A DNA stretch of 64,000 bases from Eledone cirrhosa. Its lineage: Eukaryota. The notes below the pieces were generated by a model. The model was not told the origin of the DNA and searched no databases. It saw only the letters and a list, made by a program, of their open reading frames with translations. Within the stretch, counting starts at the first letter, position 1, and each line of letters opens with the position of its first letter. Both the position numbers and the translations under genes were made by a program. The DNA lies in the NCBI GenBank assembly GCA_964016885.1, contig OZ024747.1:868001-932000 (forward strand). The letters are read 5' to 3'. This document shows, piece by piece, positions 26,086 to 38,276 of this stretch.

Positions 26086-27502
26086 ATATGTACGCATATA
26101 TACACACATACATATATATGTGTTTGTGTGCATGTGTGTATATATATATACACACACACACACACATTAAAAGGAAGGCAGGCATGGTTTGCCAGACAGC
26201 CTTAGTATTTTGCTGCAGAAGACCAGAAGAAAACAATTTCTTTGGATAAAAAAACCTTTTCAATTCCTTTTATATAAACACGCTACTGTTTAGGTTTTAT
26301 CCAGATGTGTATAAATACACATCCTCCACTCATCTCTACATATCTATCTATCAGTTTATTTATATGTTTGCCCATCTGTCTATCTATCTATATATTTTGC
26401 TACCTAGCTATATATCTATCTAGCTTTATGTTTATCCATCTGTCTATCTAGTGAGCTACCTACCAACCTACCTACTTACCTAGCTATATATCTATCTAGC
26501 TATATGGCTAGCTATCTTCGTAGCTAGCTATATGTCTATCTATCTATCTGTTTGCTCATGTATCTATCAATCCAGCCAGTTTGTTAGCTGTTTTTATTCT
26601 ATATATTCATTAATCAATGGCAAAAGTGATAGTAACCATATTCTTCTGGATGTCTACCCAACAGTAATTTAGATCAAGACATAGATAGAAAGATATATCA
26701 TCAGCATCATTTTTACAGCTACTTTTCCATGCTGCCATGGTTTGAATAAGTTGTTATGGAATAAGTTCTTTTTCAGAGTTACTGTTCTCCTAGGTGGGTT
26801 GGGGGTTTGCAACTTGCCTGTATGTCATGGTTTTTATGGTAGAATGCCCTTCCTGTTGTCTCAATACAAAACACAATACAGTATTCTAAAAACCAGGATA
26901 CACCATCCAGTTATACATATATAACTAGTTGGTATAGATTTTTCTATTTTTATGGGCATGACCCTCTTTTGAGGGTCATGCTCATGATTTTTCTATTATC
27001 ATGGGTACGACCCTCAAAAGAGGGTCATGCCCATGATTTTTGACTGGACTGTGTCTAGTGTGAAAAAAATGGAAGAAACAATAATTTTTTGTGGAGGTGA
27101 CTGCTAACCACAACTTGAAAATCTCAGCTAAATGTATGTGATTGTGAGTAAGACTAATAAGGCATGATCTTGAGGTATTGCTGACAGGAACCTTGTAGAA
27201 TATGATGGTGGGCCTCCATTGGAGAACCACTTTCATACTGGTGCCATGACAAAAAGTACCTGGTTCACCCAGTAAAATGGTAGTGTTGGTGCCACAAAAA
27301 AGCTCCCACTACATGTTGAAATGTGGTTGGCATAAGGCAAAGCCTCGAACCATAGAAAACCAAGCCCAAAATGGATTGAATGAGCAAGAAGAGGTCAGCT
27401 GATCTGTCTGGCCCCACATGACAAACTTTCTAACCTATGGAAGGATGGAAAATAGATGTTAAACAGTAATGATTATTTATAATATATACATACATTTCCT
27501 GA

Positions 27503-27551
<49 letters not shown>

Positions 27552-27573
27552 GTGGGACTATATATATATTGTC

Positions 27574-28033
27574 AGGAAATGTAGAAATCTCAAACTGCAC
27601 TCAGTCTAATGGTATATATGTTAGAAAATTGGGTAAAATATCCTTTTGGATGGAAGAAAGTGGCCAGCAGCTGCTACAAGGAATCAAATTTTGTACATCT
27701 CAAATTCTAACTGACTGCTACTAAACTATAGAGCTAAACAAACCCCTGTTGATGTTAGGGGCTGTTCAATTCAATAGTTTAGAGCAATTGACCAAAAATA
27801 AAGAGGATTTCAATTTTTTTTTGTAGTGACTGCTGGCCACAAATGACCTTGACAGGGGTTGTTTAACTCAACAGTTTAGAGCACTTAGCTAGAATTTGAG
27901 AGGTACATAGCAGTTGCTGCTGACCACGTCTTTCCTGTCTCTAGGGGTATTTTACCTGATTTTCTAACATATCATTTATTGCAATTCACTGTGGTTACAG
28001 TTATTCCCTGTATTTGAGATTTCTACATTTTCT
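27574..28033. mobile_element. Degenerate fold-back element / MITE
   Basis: Nested inverted blocks: aaatgtagaaatctcaaa / tttgagatttctacattt; atatgttagaaaat..ggtaaaata / tattttacc..attttctaacatat; ctcaaattcta..acccctgt / acagggg..tagaatttgag. Confidence 0.7.
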
Positions 28034-28160
28034 AAAAATTTCCATATACACAATGCTCCAATAGTTTATTTTTGAAATATATGTTGTTGGATGGAAGACT
28101 GAGTACTCAATACCAAAGTAGAGTTTAATGATATTCTTTATTATGGTTAAGTGATGAGTC

Positions 28161-28207
28161 TTGTTACTCTGGAGTTTCACCTGTGTACTCATAGGATCAT
28201 CAGACAA
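28161..28207 (-). ncRNA. Type I hammerhead ribozyme motif (minus copy)
   Basis: Reverse complement: ttgt-CTGATGA-tcctatgagtacacaggt-GAAA-ctccagag-TA-acaa (stem I ttgt/acaa, GUA triplet). Confidence 0.7.
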
Positions 28208-28220
28208 CAAAACTGCCAGA

Positions 28221-28269
28221 CTTGTCTGAAGATCCTGTAAGTACACAGGTGAAACTCCAGAGTAACAAG
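28221..28269 (+). ncRNA. Type I hammerhead ribozyme motif (plus copy)
   Basis: cttgt-CTGAAGA(28226-32)-t cctgt aagtac acagg t-GAAA(28251-54)-ct ccag ag-TA(28263-64)-acaag; all three helices can form. Confidence 0.75.
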
Positions 28270-28649
28270 ACTCATCACTTAGCTATAATAAAGAATATAT
28301 ATATATATACACACACACACACATATATATACATATGTGTGTGTGTGTATAATGAAGACCATCAATTGCCTAACATAAATATAAATACATCTAGAAAAAG
28401 CTATCCACAAACTCAAGTAAACATAGCCTATAAACCCAATTATGACCTCACTCAGCAGACTTATACAAAACAAGGAAAGCAAAAATCCCATTCAACCTTC
28501 TAAACCATGTCCTAATCCTCTATGTAAACCAACTACCCTGCAACTATTACTGGTATGGGAACGACAGACCTCATTAGACTGCAGCCATCAAATTATGCAG
28601 TTTCTATAAAATAATCTGCAGCAACTATATATATATATATATTATAGAG

Positions 28650-30260
28650 GTATAAAGCTGATGGACCAGGTCATGAAAATAATGGAAAAAGTTATAGTAC
28701 AACACCACTGATATCCTCTTCCTTGTGAGGCAGTTACAGGAAATGTACCTAGCTAAAAGTAAATTGCTCTACCTGGCATTCGTCGATCTGGAGAAAGCCT
28801 TTGACAGAGTTCCCCAGGCTATAATCTGGTGGGCTCTTAGAAAATTAGCAGTAAATGAATGGCTTGTGAAAGCTGTACAAGCCATGTATAGGGGAGCAGT
28901 CAGCAAAGTTAGGGTTAACAATGACTATAGTGAGGAGTTTAGCATACAGATCGGTGTCCACCAGGGCTCTGTTCTTAGCCCTCTCCTGTTTATTATAGTA
29001 TTGCAGGCTATAACAGAAGAGTTTAAGACTGGATGCCCATGGGAACTTCTGTACGTGGATAATCTTACACTTATAGCTGAATCTATGGTGGAATTAGAAA
29101 GAAGGGGTCTCAAAGTCAATCTGACAAAAACTAAGGTTCTCCTAAGTAGACGAGAAAACAGAGCCCAGATCCCCCCAGGGAATGCCCTTGCTCAGTATAT
29201 AGGAAAGGTGTAGGTAAAAATTTCATCCTCTCCGCCAAATGCAAACTATGGGTACACAAGAGATGTAGTGGGATCTCTAAGAATGTAGGCTTTACATGTA
29301 GCAGTTGAACCGGGACAGTAAGCAGCAAACGGCCGCAGGAAACAAGCACTACCAAACTCTGGGAAGGCTCTGTAGAAACAGTAGACAGCTTCTACTACCC
29401 AGGTGACCGAATTAGGAGCAGAGGTGGGTGTTCTGAAAGTACAGTAACCAGGTAAGAACAGGATGGAAGAAGTTCAGGGAGCCACTACTACTGCTAGCTG
29501 CAAAAGGCTTTTCTCTCAAAATGAAAGGCAGACTGTATACGAACAGTAATGTTACATGGTAGTGAGACTTGGGTGTTGTGTGTAGAAGACTTGCGTAGAT
29601 TAGAAAGAAACGAAGCTTGCATGCTCTGATAGATGTGTAATAGTAATATACGCGAACGGCAAATCATAAACATATTGAGAGAGAAACTAGGCATAAGAGA
29701 AATCAGATGCAGTGTGCAGGAGAGGAGGTTGCGTTGGTATGGTCATGTGATGCATATGAAGGATGACAGCTGCATAAAAAGGTGCAGAACACTAAAAGTC
29801 GATGGAAGTCTTGGAGTGGGGAGACCTGGAATGAGGTGATAAAAGCTGACCTTGCCCAATTGCACCTCTCAAAGGTGATGGCACAGGACTGAGACCTCTG
29901 GCGTTACGCAGTAATTGAGAAGACTCGACTTCCCATGGGTACAAGCCGAAGCTGAGGTATATAGACTGTATGCCCCCCACCCCCTCCCACTATAAAGTGG
30001 TCGTGTAGGTGTCACAACAAAAAGCACCCAGTCCACACTGTAGAGTGGTCGTGTAGGTGTCACAGTAAAAGAGCACCCAGCACTCACTGTAAATAAGTTA
30101 GTGTAAGGAAGGACATCCAGCTGTAGAAATCAAGCCAGAATCAGTTCCGTGCGAGCAAGACATGGTCACCTGACCTGGCATTGCCCACAACAGGACAACC
30201 CGTCTAACCCATGCTAGCGTGGAAGAATGGACATAAAACGGCGATGATGATGATGATATA
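28650..30260 (+). mobile_element. 5'-truncated, decayed RTE-clade LINE (reverse transcriptase pseudogene + 3' UTR + (GAT)n tail)
   Basis: ORF 28725-29213 has YLAFVDLEKAFDRV, GVHQGSVLSPLLF, LLYVDNL (degenerate YADD) and GLKVNLTKTK. Downstream frameshifted LHGSETW and RRLRWYGHVMHM..GRP. Ends in gatgatgatgat. Confidence 0.92.
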
Positions 30261-31518
30261 TGGGTTGGGGGGATGGGACCCTTCAGTTATGTCAAAGACA
30301 TGGCAATGTCTCTTGTACATTCGCTAGACCTGTACATTCGCTAGAACGTGAGACCATATGTAAGTGAAATAACAGACCCCTAGCCTGTTAGGAGATCAGT
30401 AGCCCCGCCAAACTGTTGCTAACGGGGAAAGCGGACATTAAAATGATGTGATATATATATTTCAGTGTACATGTAGGTATTGTAATAATTATAATTTTTA
30501 CCTAACTGATCTCCAGTTATCAGTGTTAGCTGGAGGAAGTGTTGAAATCAGAACACAGATCACTTTTCAAACATACTTATGACTGTAAGCCCTCAATGGG
30601 GACCACTTTCACTCTACAACTATATTACTTTCTACCTTTACTATGACCACACCATACCAACAAGGGGGCTTCTATGTAATTGATTGACCAGCTACAAATA
30701 GTAGCTAAATTTTCCTCAAATAAAATATTTCTTTCCTTAAAAAGGATATATAGGACAATGTAGTCCTGGATATACAAAAAGATGGGAAAGTCATGGTTGG
30801 AATGTCTATTATCAGGAGTTAAACAGTGATATCTACAACACATCAATTTTATATACAACACAACCATACGTATCATTACTATTACCACTATATACACCAT
30901 CACCACCATCACCCCCCACCACCACCACCATCATACCGCTACCACCACCTCCACCATCATCACCGCTACCACCACCACCATCAATATATTATCATCAGCA
31001 CTAACAACAACACTGGGGAAATACTGCTGGTATTTTTGTCGAAGGACGCCAGAAGAGTAATAGGAGTATTGAGGAGGTGGTTGTCTAATGAGAAGTAAAG
31101 AGAGTAGTAGGAGGAGGAGGTGAAACATGGATAGAGGGAAAGAACAAAGACGAAGACGGAGGGATTAAAGGTAGAGAGACTCGACAGAAGAGAAAAATAG
31201 AGGAAAGATGAGAGAATAGAACGGTTAAGAGAACAGATTGAAGTAAAGGAGAAAAAAGGAGGGAGGGAATATTGACAGAGATTTATAAAGGAAGAGGAAG
31301 AAAGATTAATAGCTGGAGAGAGAGAAAATACAGAGAGGAAGGGGTGGGAGAAAGAAAGATTAAAAGACGAAGGGTAGCTGAATGATAGAGAAATGTGTGT
31401 GTGAGACGGAGGGACAGAGAGTGACAGATACATCATATGTATATATATGATGTGTGTGTGTGTGTGTGATGTATATATATATATGAAAAATGGCATGCTG
31501 CGTTGTTGCGGATGTGAT

Positions 31519-31977
31519 ACATATGAATTAAAAAATAGGGTAAGAAGCCAGGACTATCCATCATCAGTGATCTTCTGGCCATCATAGGTATTTCTTCGCA
31601 TTAAAGATCAGATACCTCAGGCCAGCGCGAGCAATAACTAAATAAAGTTATTAGGATAAAAAGAATTGGGTGGAGAAAGAGAGACAGGTAAGGCTTGGAT
31701 GCGTCTTTCGTCTTCTCGTCAATGATTCGCTAGATCTTACGTTCACTTGTATCACTGACTTGATTTCTCATTTTTCACTCTTTACGTTGCCTCACCATTC
31801 TTGTTTGTTTACCTGCCTTTCTCCACCCAATTCTTTTTATCCCAATAACTTTATTTAGTTATTGCCCGCGCTGGCCTAAGGTATCGGATCTTTAATGCGA
31901 AGAAATACCTATGATGGCCAGAAGATCACTGATGATGGATAGTCCTGGCTTCTTACCCTATTTTTTAATTCATATGT
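31519..31977. repeat. About 160-bp-arm inverted repeat carrying a partial hammerhead core
   Basis: Arms 31519-31679 and 31817-31977 with 4 mismatches. Each arm has CTGATGA-t gga tag tcc t-g but lacks the GAAA. Confidence 0.9.
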
Positions 31978-32309
31978 GTGTGTGTGTGTGTAAAGGGGAA
32001 AAGAAAGGCAGAGAAAGATGTAGAGAAGACAGATCTAGTAGAAAATACATTATTTCCTAACATAAAGGAGAAATGCCATTGTGAACCCATTTAACACAAA
32101 CAGAAAAGAACAACGCCAGTTTGGAGAACCACACGCCGCTGAGGCCCTTCACGAAACCACCAGAGTCCTATCATTCATTTGTAGAGACTCCTGGTTGAGT
32201 CGTTGAGGCACAGTAATGACATATGCCGTTTCTTGGGCTTAAAATAAACCTTCGCAGAGCCCATCCCTTCTCCAGGTTTGAACAGCCATTTTCTTCTAGT
32301 GAAGAGAGG

Positions 32310-32465
32310 AAGAATCAACTCTAGTACTGGACTGGTACTTTTTTTTATATCGACCTCGAAAGGATGAAAGGCAAAATTGACCTTGGCAGGATTTGAACTT
32401 AGAACATAAAGAGCTGGAGTGAATACTGCAAAACAGTCCAACGACTTTCCCAATTCGCCTCCCTC
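32310..32465 (-). mobile_element. tRNA-derived SINE family (..gagttcaaat..gaggtYaacttt gcctttcatcctttcggggtcgataaaa..gtaccag)
   Basis: Multiple copies at about 32720-32845(-), 37790-37920(-), 39292-39475(-), 51620-51723(+), 57470-57580(-) and 57640-57800(+); B-box-like gttcaaat. Confidence 0.8.
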
Positions 32466-34154
32466 AACATTCCTTTTACCCTAATATATATCCAATGCCT
32501 TAAATCTGGCTTTGCTAGTTTTTATTATCAGTGTGCAGCCGTTATCGGTATATAACCGGAATCTTCCAGGTTTCAGACGGAAAGAATTTATCTAATTCTG
32601 TACAGGTGTGGCTTGTCAGGGACATTTAAACCTGTTAGAACCCACTTCCTCTCTATATCTCTCCAGAGAAGGAGAGAAAGTTGTAGGGGCAGTGAAAAAG
32701 AAATACTAGGTTGATACATTTTTTTAATCAACCCTCAGAAGGATGAAAAGCAGAGTTGATCTCGGAGTGTTTTGAACTCAGAGTAGGAACGAATACCGCT
32801 AACTATTTTATCTGACGTTCTAACGATTCTGTCAATTCGCCTCGAACGAAATGGTCATTGACAATTTTACTACATGTCAACAAGTGTGCTTTATTCTTAA
32901 ATGACTAGAATGACTCTTTTGCAATGTAAGTGTTCCACTTTGAAACACTCTCAATAATATCACTTGTACATCTCTCCCTACCTGTGTGTGCGGTGATGCT
33001 ATAGACTAAACTTTGATATGGCCAACTATCAAATAAAACTAAATAAAAGTTTATTCACTTCTATTTTATTGTCGATTTTTATTGACAGCTTAGCGAGAAC
33101 AATCGGAATAAAATTGTAGGCGGTATTTACACATAAGTTCATTGTTACCAGAACTTTGTAGACCGCCAACGATATACACAGAAAATATTGAGAATACATG
33201 ACAGCGGGCAAACGAGTAGCTCAAAAGACAATACCATACACATCTAGAAACCTATTTCAATTAGTATATGAACAATTTACAGCGTTTAATTTACAGATGT
33301 GAGTGTGGGTGTGCGTGTGTGTATGTGAGTGTAAAAGAAGGAGGAAGGCATGATCCAGTTTTTAATAAATCTGGTGACCATACGTCGTTTTATTCAGACA
33401 ATAAATCGGGGGGGGGGGGTTACAAAACGAGGACCCTCATGGCTAATAGTGGGGAAAAAAAAAAATTATCTTATTAACTAATAATAATTATGAGATGAGG
33501 AAAAGAAAACCTCAATATTTTAATCTGAGTGAGATTCAACTGCTCTTTCTAACAGGTCAACTGACAAATTTAGTAGCTTGCAAGCAATGTTGTTGATCAC
33601 ACACATGTACATGGCGGTGGGGAGACTTTCAAACAAGTGTTAACACGACCATATATCAATATAATTTTTAGATTCATCATCATCATCACCATTTAACATT
33701 TACTTTCCTTGCTTGCATGTATGGGTTAGACGGGTTGTATCGTCGTGACGCTAAAGTGGTTGGATGTTCCGTTTTGTTGTTGTTTTTTTTGTTTGATTTC
33801 TAGATGGATGCTCTTCCTAACACCAACTACCTTACAACGTGTATTGGGAGCACTTTATCGTGACTAGCACGACCACCGACTAGGTGTTTTTATTGTCACC
33901 CACCACCTGACAAGTACGGTCACGAAAGGGTTAGCCATCGCTGTACTTCATTTTACATTCATTTAAATCAATTACAATAATTTTCTTCCATATTTTAATT
34001 ATTATAAAGGCCTCAAAGTCAACTTAATGAAGACTAAAGTCCTAGTAAGTAGGAAAGGTGACATGGCCCTGGTTTCAGAAGATCCCGTTTAGGGTGAAAG
34101 CAGAAATTCTTTGCATAAACTTTAATCTGTACTAATAATAAATATTTGTTCTAC

Positions 34155-34213
<59 letters not shown>

Positions 34214-35179
34214 CCTTATCAAGGATGGTAGCAAAGAAACAGAGGCTTAAACAATCTGCCTCCACTCCGATAGTTTCTTCTCCTCCGACAATTGTCCCTC
34301 TAACTAAACTCCCATCTTAGTCTTCCTCATTCACATTCTTAATTCTCCTTCGTCCAACACTTGTCAACATGAACAGTCCCAACAACACACATCATTGTGA
34401 GATAACAATGTAGCTCGCCCCACCCCAATCACTGTCTTCCCCAGACTGGCTGAGGACACAACGAGCGCCATAGCATTCTAAAGTGGTAGCGCAGGTGCCA
34501 CGATAAAATGCACCTGGTATACCCTGTAAGGTGGTAGTGTACGTCACATGATAAAATGCACCCTGTATACACTGTAAAGTATTTGGCATTAGGAAGGAGA
34601 TCCAGCCAAGGAAACTTTGCCAAAATGGAATGTATAGACAAGACGTGGTCTGACCTGTGAAATCTCAGAACATAACAACCTGTCAAACCCATGCCAACAG
34701 GGAATATAATTATAAAACGGTGATGATGATGATGCATTTGACCTTTCATCTGGCATGCACACATATTAATAAATATGTGATGCTTTGGTGTAAACGAGAT
34801 CGCTAGAACTACTAGAAATAGCAGCTAATTAACGCACCTTAAAAAGACTGGAATAAGGTAGTCTTCCATACAGCTGGAATACCTTTGACAACAGGTAGTC
34901 TGTGACTACTGGATGTAGAGTGAGCAGGGTTACTCAAGGTAGCATTCCAGAAGGTTCTGTGTCGTCAACTTGGTAATGTTGACTCTAGAGTGAAACTTAA
35001 ACGTTGCACTCGACATAATAGTCAGCCACGTCCTTTATTGTAGTCGTCCATCACATCTGGCTGAGTAGACAGGCTGTAATTAGCTGAAACAAATATACAC
35101 ACACCATAGCAGGTACACGTATACACACATCTAGATAGAGCCATATACAAATATATACGTATATAAACACCTATACACC

Positions 35180-35211
<32 letters not shown>

Positions 35212-35709
35212 CCCACACCCAAATACACCCCCACACGTACAAATATATGCAAACACTTAAGACTCCAGATACACATATAATGAAAGATGGTGAACTGAAG
35301 AGGGGAATAGAAAGGGAAACAAGAATGAGAGAGAGAGAGAGAATAGAGGGATACAAGAAGGGAGACAGAGAGAGAGGGACGAGGAATATAGCAAGAAGTA
35401 GGGAGAGACAAAAGTTAGATAAGAATAATAGAGAGAAATAGAGAGGAGAAATATAAAGACGGTGAGTATAAAAACATATGTGGCTAGAGGGGGAGGGATA
35501 AAGAAAGGGTGAGAGAGAAAGAGAGAGAAATGAGGGATTGCATAAAATAGTGACAGTAGCAGGAGTAGCAATTAAAAGAAGGAACACTTGTTGACAATAG
35601 ACAATGCAATAGACGTATATATACATATATATATGTACACATACACATATATATATATAATATACACACACACACACACATATATATACACACACACACA
35701 CATAAATAT

Positions 35710-35740
<31 letters not shown>

Positions 35741-37434
35741 ATATATATATACATATATATATAAAATATATAATGAGCTAAGACAGCAAGCAAGCAGAGA
35801 ATGAGGCAGTATTTGGCAGGAAAGTGGTGTAATACTACTAAATAGTACAAGTAGGTGAATGGTTTAGTAAGTGTAGGGGAAGAATTCAGTCACAGACACA
35901 GTAAAGAAAATCATCCACATATACACGCAGTTGACTTCTTCACTTTAGTGACTTTAAAATGTTCACTTGGCCTCAGGGAAATGTATGTATGAACCACATT
36001 CCCACCTCATTTTCTGGTTGTATAGTAAGAGAAAGAGGAAGATTATTAAAAGAAAAACCCCACATAAACACACCCGAAAAAACAAAACAAAAAAACGGGG
36101 TGAGAACACAAACAGGTTATGTGTCCTATATAAAGAATTTATGTGTGTGTGTATATATATATATGAACTTTGCAATCAGGTGGTTCAGAGTTTAGTCTGC
36201 TGTCTTCTATTATGAATTTGGTGGACGGAAACTGCAGAGGATTATCGTGTGTGCATGTACACACACGCGTTTATATATATATATATATATATGTCTCCAT
36301 TTTATTTGTATCTTTTTCTTTCATAAGATGGCCAAAAAAGGCAGGAGTTTGTTATATATGTCAACCATGGACATTCCTAAAGTTATAAACGACTATATTC
36401 TCCGAGGTGTCCAGTTTTTATTTAACGGCAGATTTTGATACGGGGGAAGATTTGACTGCTATTTCTACCGGGTTGAACAACCATGCAAACGGTCCTGGGT
36501 CGGCCAGGAATTTTTAGAATGCGAAGGCATTTAATCAATTAAATCGAATTCCCATCATAAGTAGCACTCACTTAATTGACCGTCCCTATCTCACATGGGG
36601 ACTGAAAAATCAAAATATAAGTAGAAGATAGGGAAATAAACACCCTAAGGCATTTAGTTGGTTGCTATATCGTCTCTGATATATCCATACACATCATTCT
36701 TTTGACTTTATACTAGCTAATAAAGTGATTCCTGGCAATACTAAATCTACATTGAGTTTATCGACGACAAAGTGATGTTCCTGCCCTTCCTAAAGATATG
36801 ATTAACCCACACAACCATCTCTCGCATACTTTATTTCTTTTAAACACCTTACATACCTTCCGTTCCCAACTTTTATATAAAACCTGTTGTATATCTTGAA
36901 ACAAACGAATGGCTTTCGCTTGTTAATCACACATTCATTTTATTCCATAATAAATATAAATTAACACCAAGTAAATTTATAATCGATTAATATAATCTGA
37001 GTGTATTACTGGTATTAAATTTAATGAAGGTCAGCCCATCTGAAATCATTTTTATTCCTAACGCATCTGATATAACAGGGTTGGCAGTAAAACTGGGAAG
37101 ATTTTTAAAATGAACACAAAAATAAAGAATAAAATTACAATATATAAAAAAATAAGAGTTCAATAACTGGGTTGCAGATCGATAAATGGATCCTTGATTA
37201 GGAAGAGAAGCTCAAGTAGAGGAGGAACGTGAAAGACTTAATTTAAGGCACAGGGAAGAGGTTCCTGAAATTTAGGACGGGAAGAAAGATTTCCAGTTTA
37301 TAAAGATATAAGATGTTGTGGCGATAATGCCTTTCTTCAGCGATATCAGTTTACAAAAGATGAAAATAAGTGACAGGCACGAAATACTACTACAATTATT
37401 AGAGTAACAGTATTTATTATCATTATTAGTATTA

Positions 37435-37467
37435 GTAGTAGTGGTAGTGGTGGTAGTAGTAGTGGTG

Positions 37468-37502
<35 letters not shown>

Positions 37503-37607
37503 GGTGGTGGTAGTACTAGTAGTGGTGATGGTGGTGGTAGTAGTAGTAGTAACGGTGGTGGTAGTAGTAGTAGTAGTTATTAAGTGTAGTAGTAGTAGTA
37601 GTAGTAG
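37435..37607. repeat. (GTA/GTG)n trinucleotide microsatellite
   Basis: Direct reading. Confidence 0.95.
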
Positions 37608-37998
37608 AAAGAAGGTCAATGCCCTGTGCTGTGCGCGTGCGTGAGAGAGTGATTTTTCAAGTAGTGTAGTTTAGAAATAGATCAATGGAAACCTTTATAT
37701 ACATATATTGAATTATATGAATAAAGGAGAACCTAAGAGTCTAAGCAATGACATTGAAAAAAAATTTTTTTTTTTCTGGTGCGTACTTTTGATAATTGTT
37801 TCTACTTTTGGCACAAGGCCAGCAATTATCGAATGCATTACTGGTACTTTATTTTATCGACTCCGTAAGGATGAAAGGCAAAGTTAACCTCGGCGGGATT
37901 TGAACTCAAATCATAAAGGGAGGTCAGCTTGTTCAGTGATGTTATGTGTAGGTGTAATTTATTTGGGATATTTTGTGAGTCACAGGTGGGGGAGTGTG

Positions 37999-38036
<38 letters not shown>

Positions 38037-38070
38037 GTAGAACACTGGAAGGTAATATCCGTAGTGGTAG

Positions 38071-38276
38071 AGCACTCAGTCCATGGGACGAGTTAGGTAG
38101 AAGTGGTTACACAACAGTTAGTTCACCATACCGAGAACAATTGTTTCACCTTAGCGGATCCTCAGCTTGTAATGGACATGGTTATACGGTTCCGTATAAC
38201 TATTACAAGCTGAGGATCCGCTAAGGTGAAACAATTGTTCTCGGTATGGTGAACTAACTGTTGTGTAACCACTTCT
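38071..38276. mobile_element. Perfect 75-bp-arm palindrome with a hammerhead-like core in each arm
   Basis: Arms 38099-38173 and 38202-38276 are exact reverse complements. Core CTGAGGA-tccgctaaggt-GAAA-caattg-TT. The spacer contains hairpin gttatacgg tt ccgtataac. Tail motif agcactcagt on the left, (TA)n on both sides. Confidence 0.85.
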
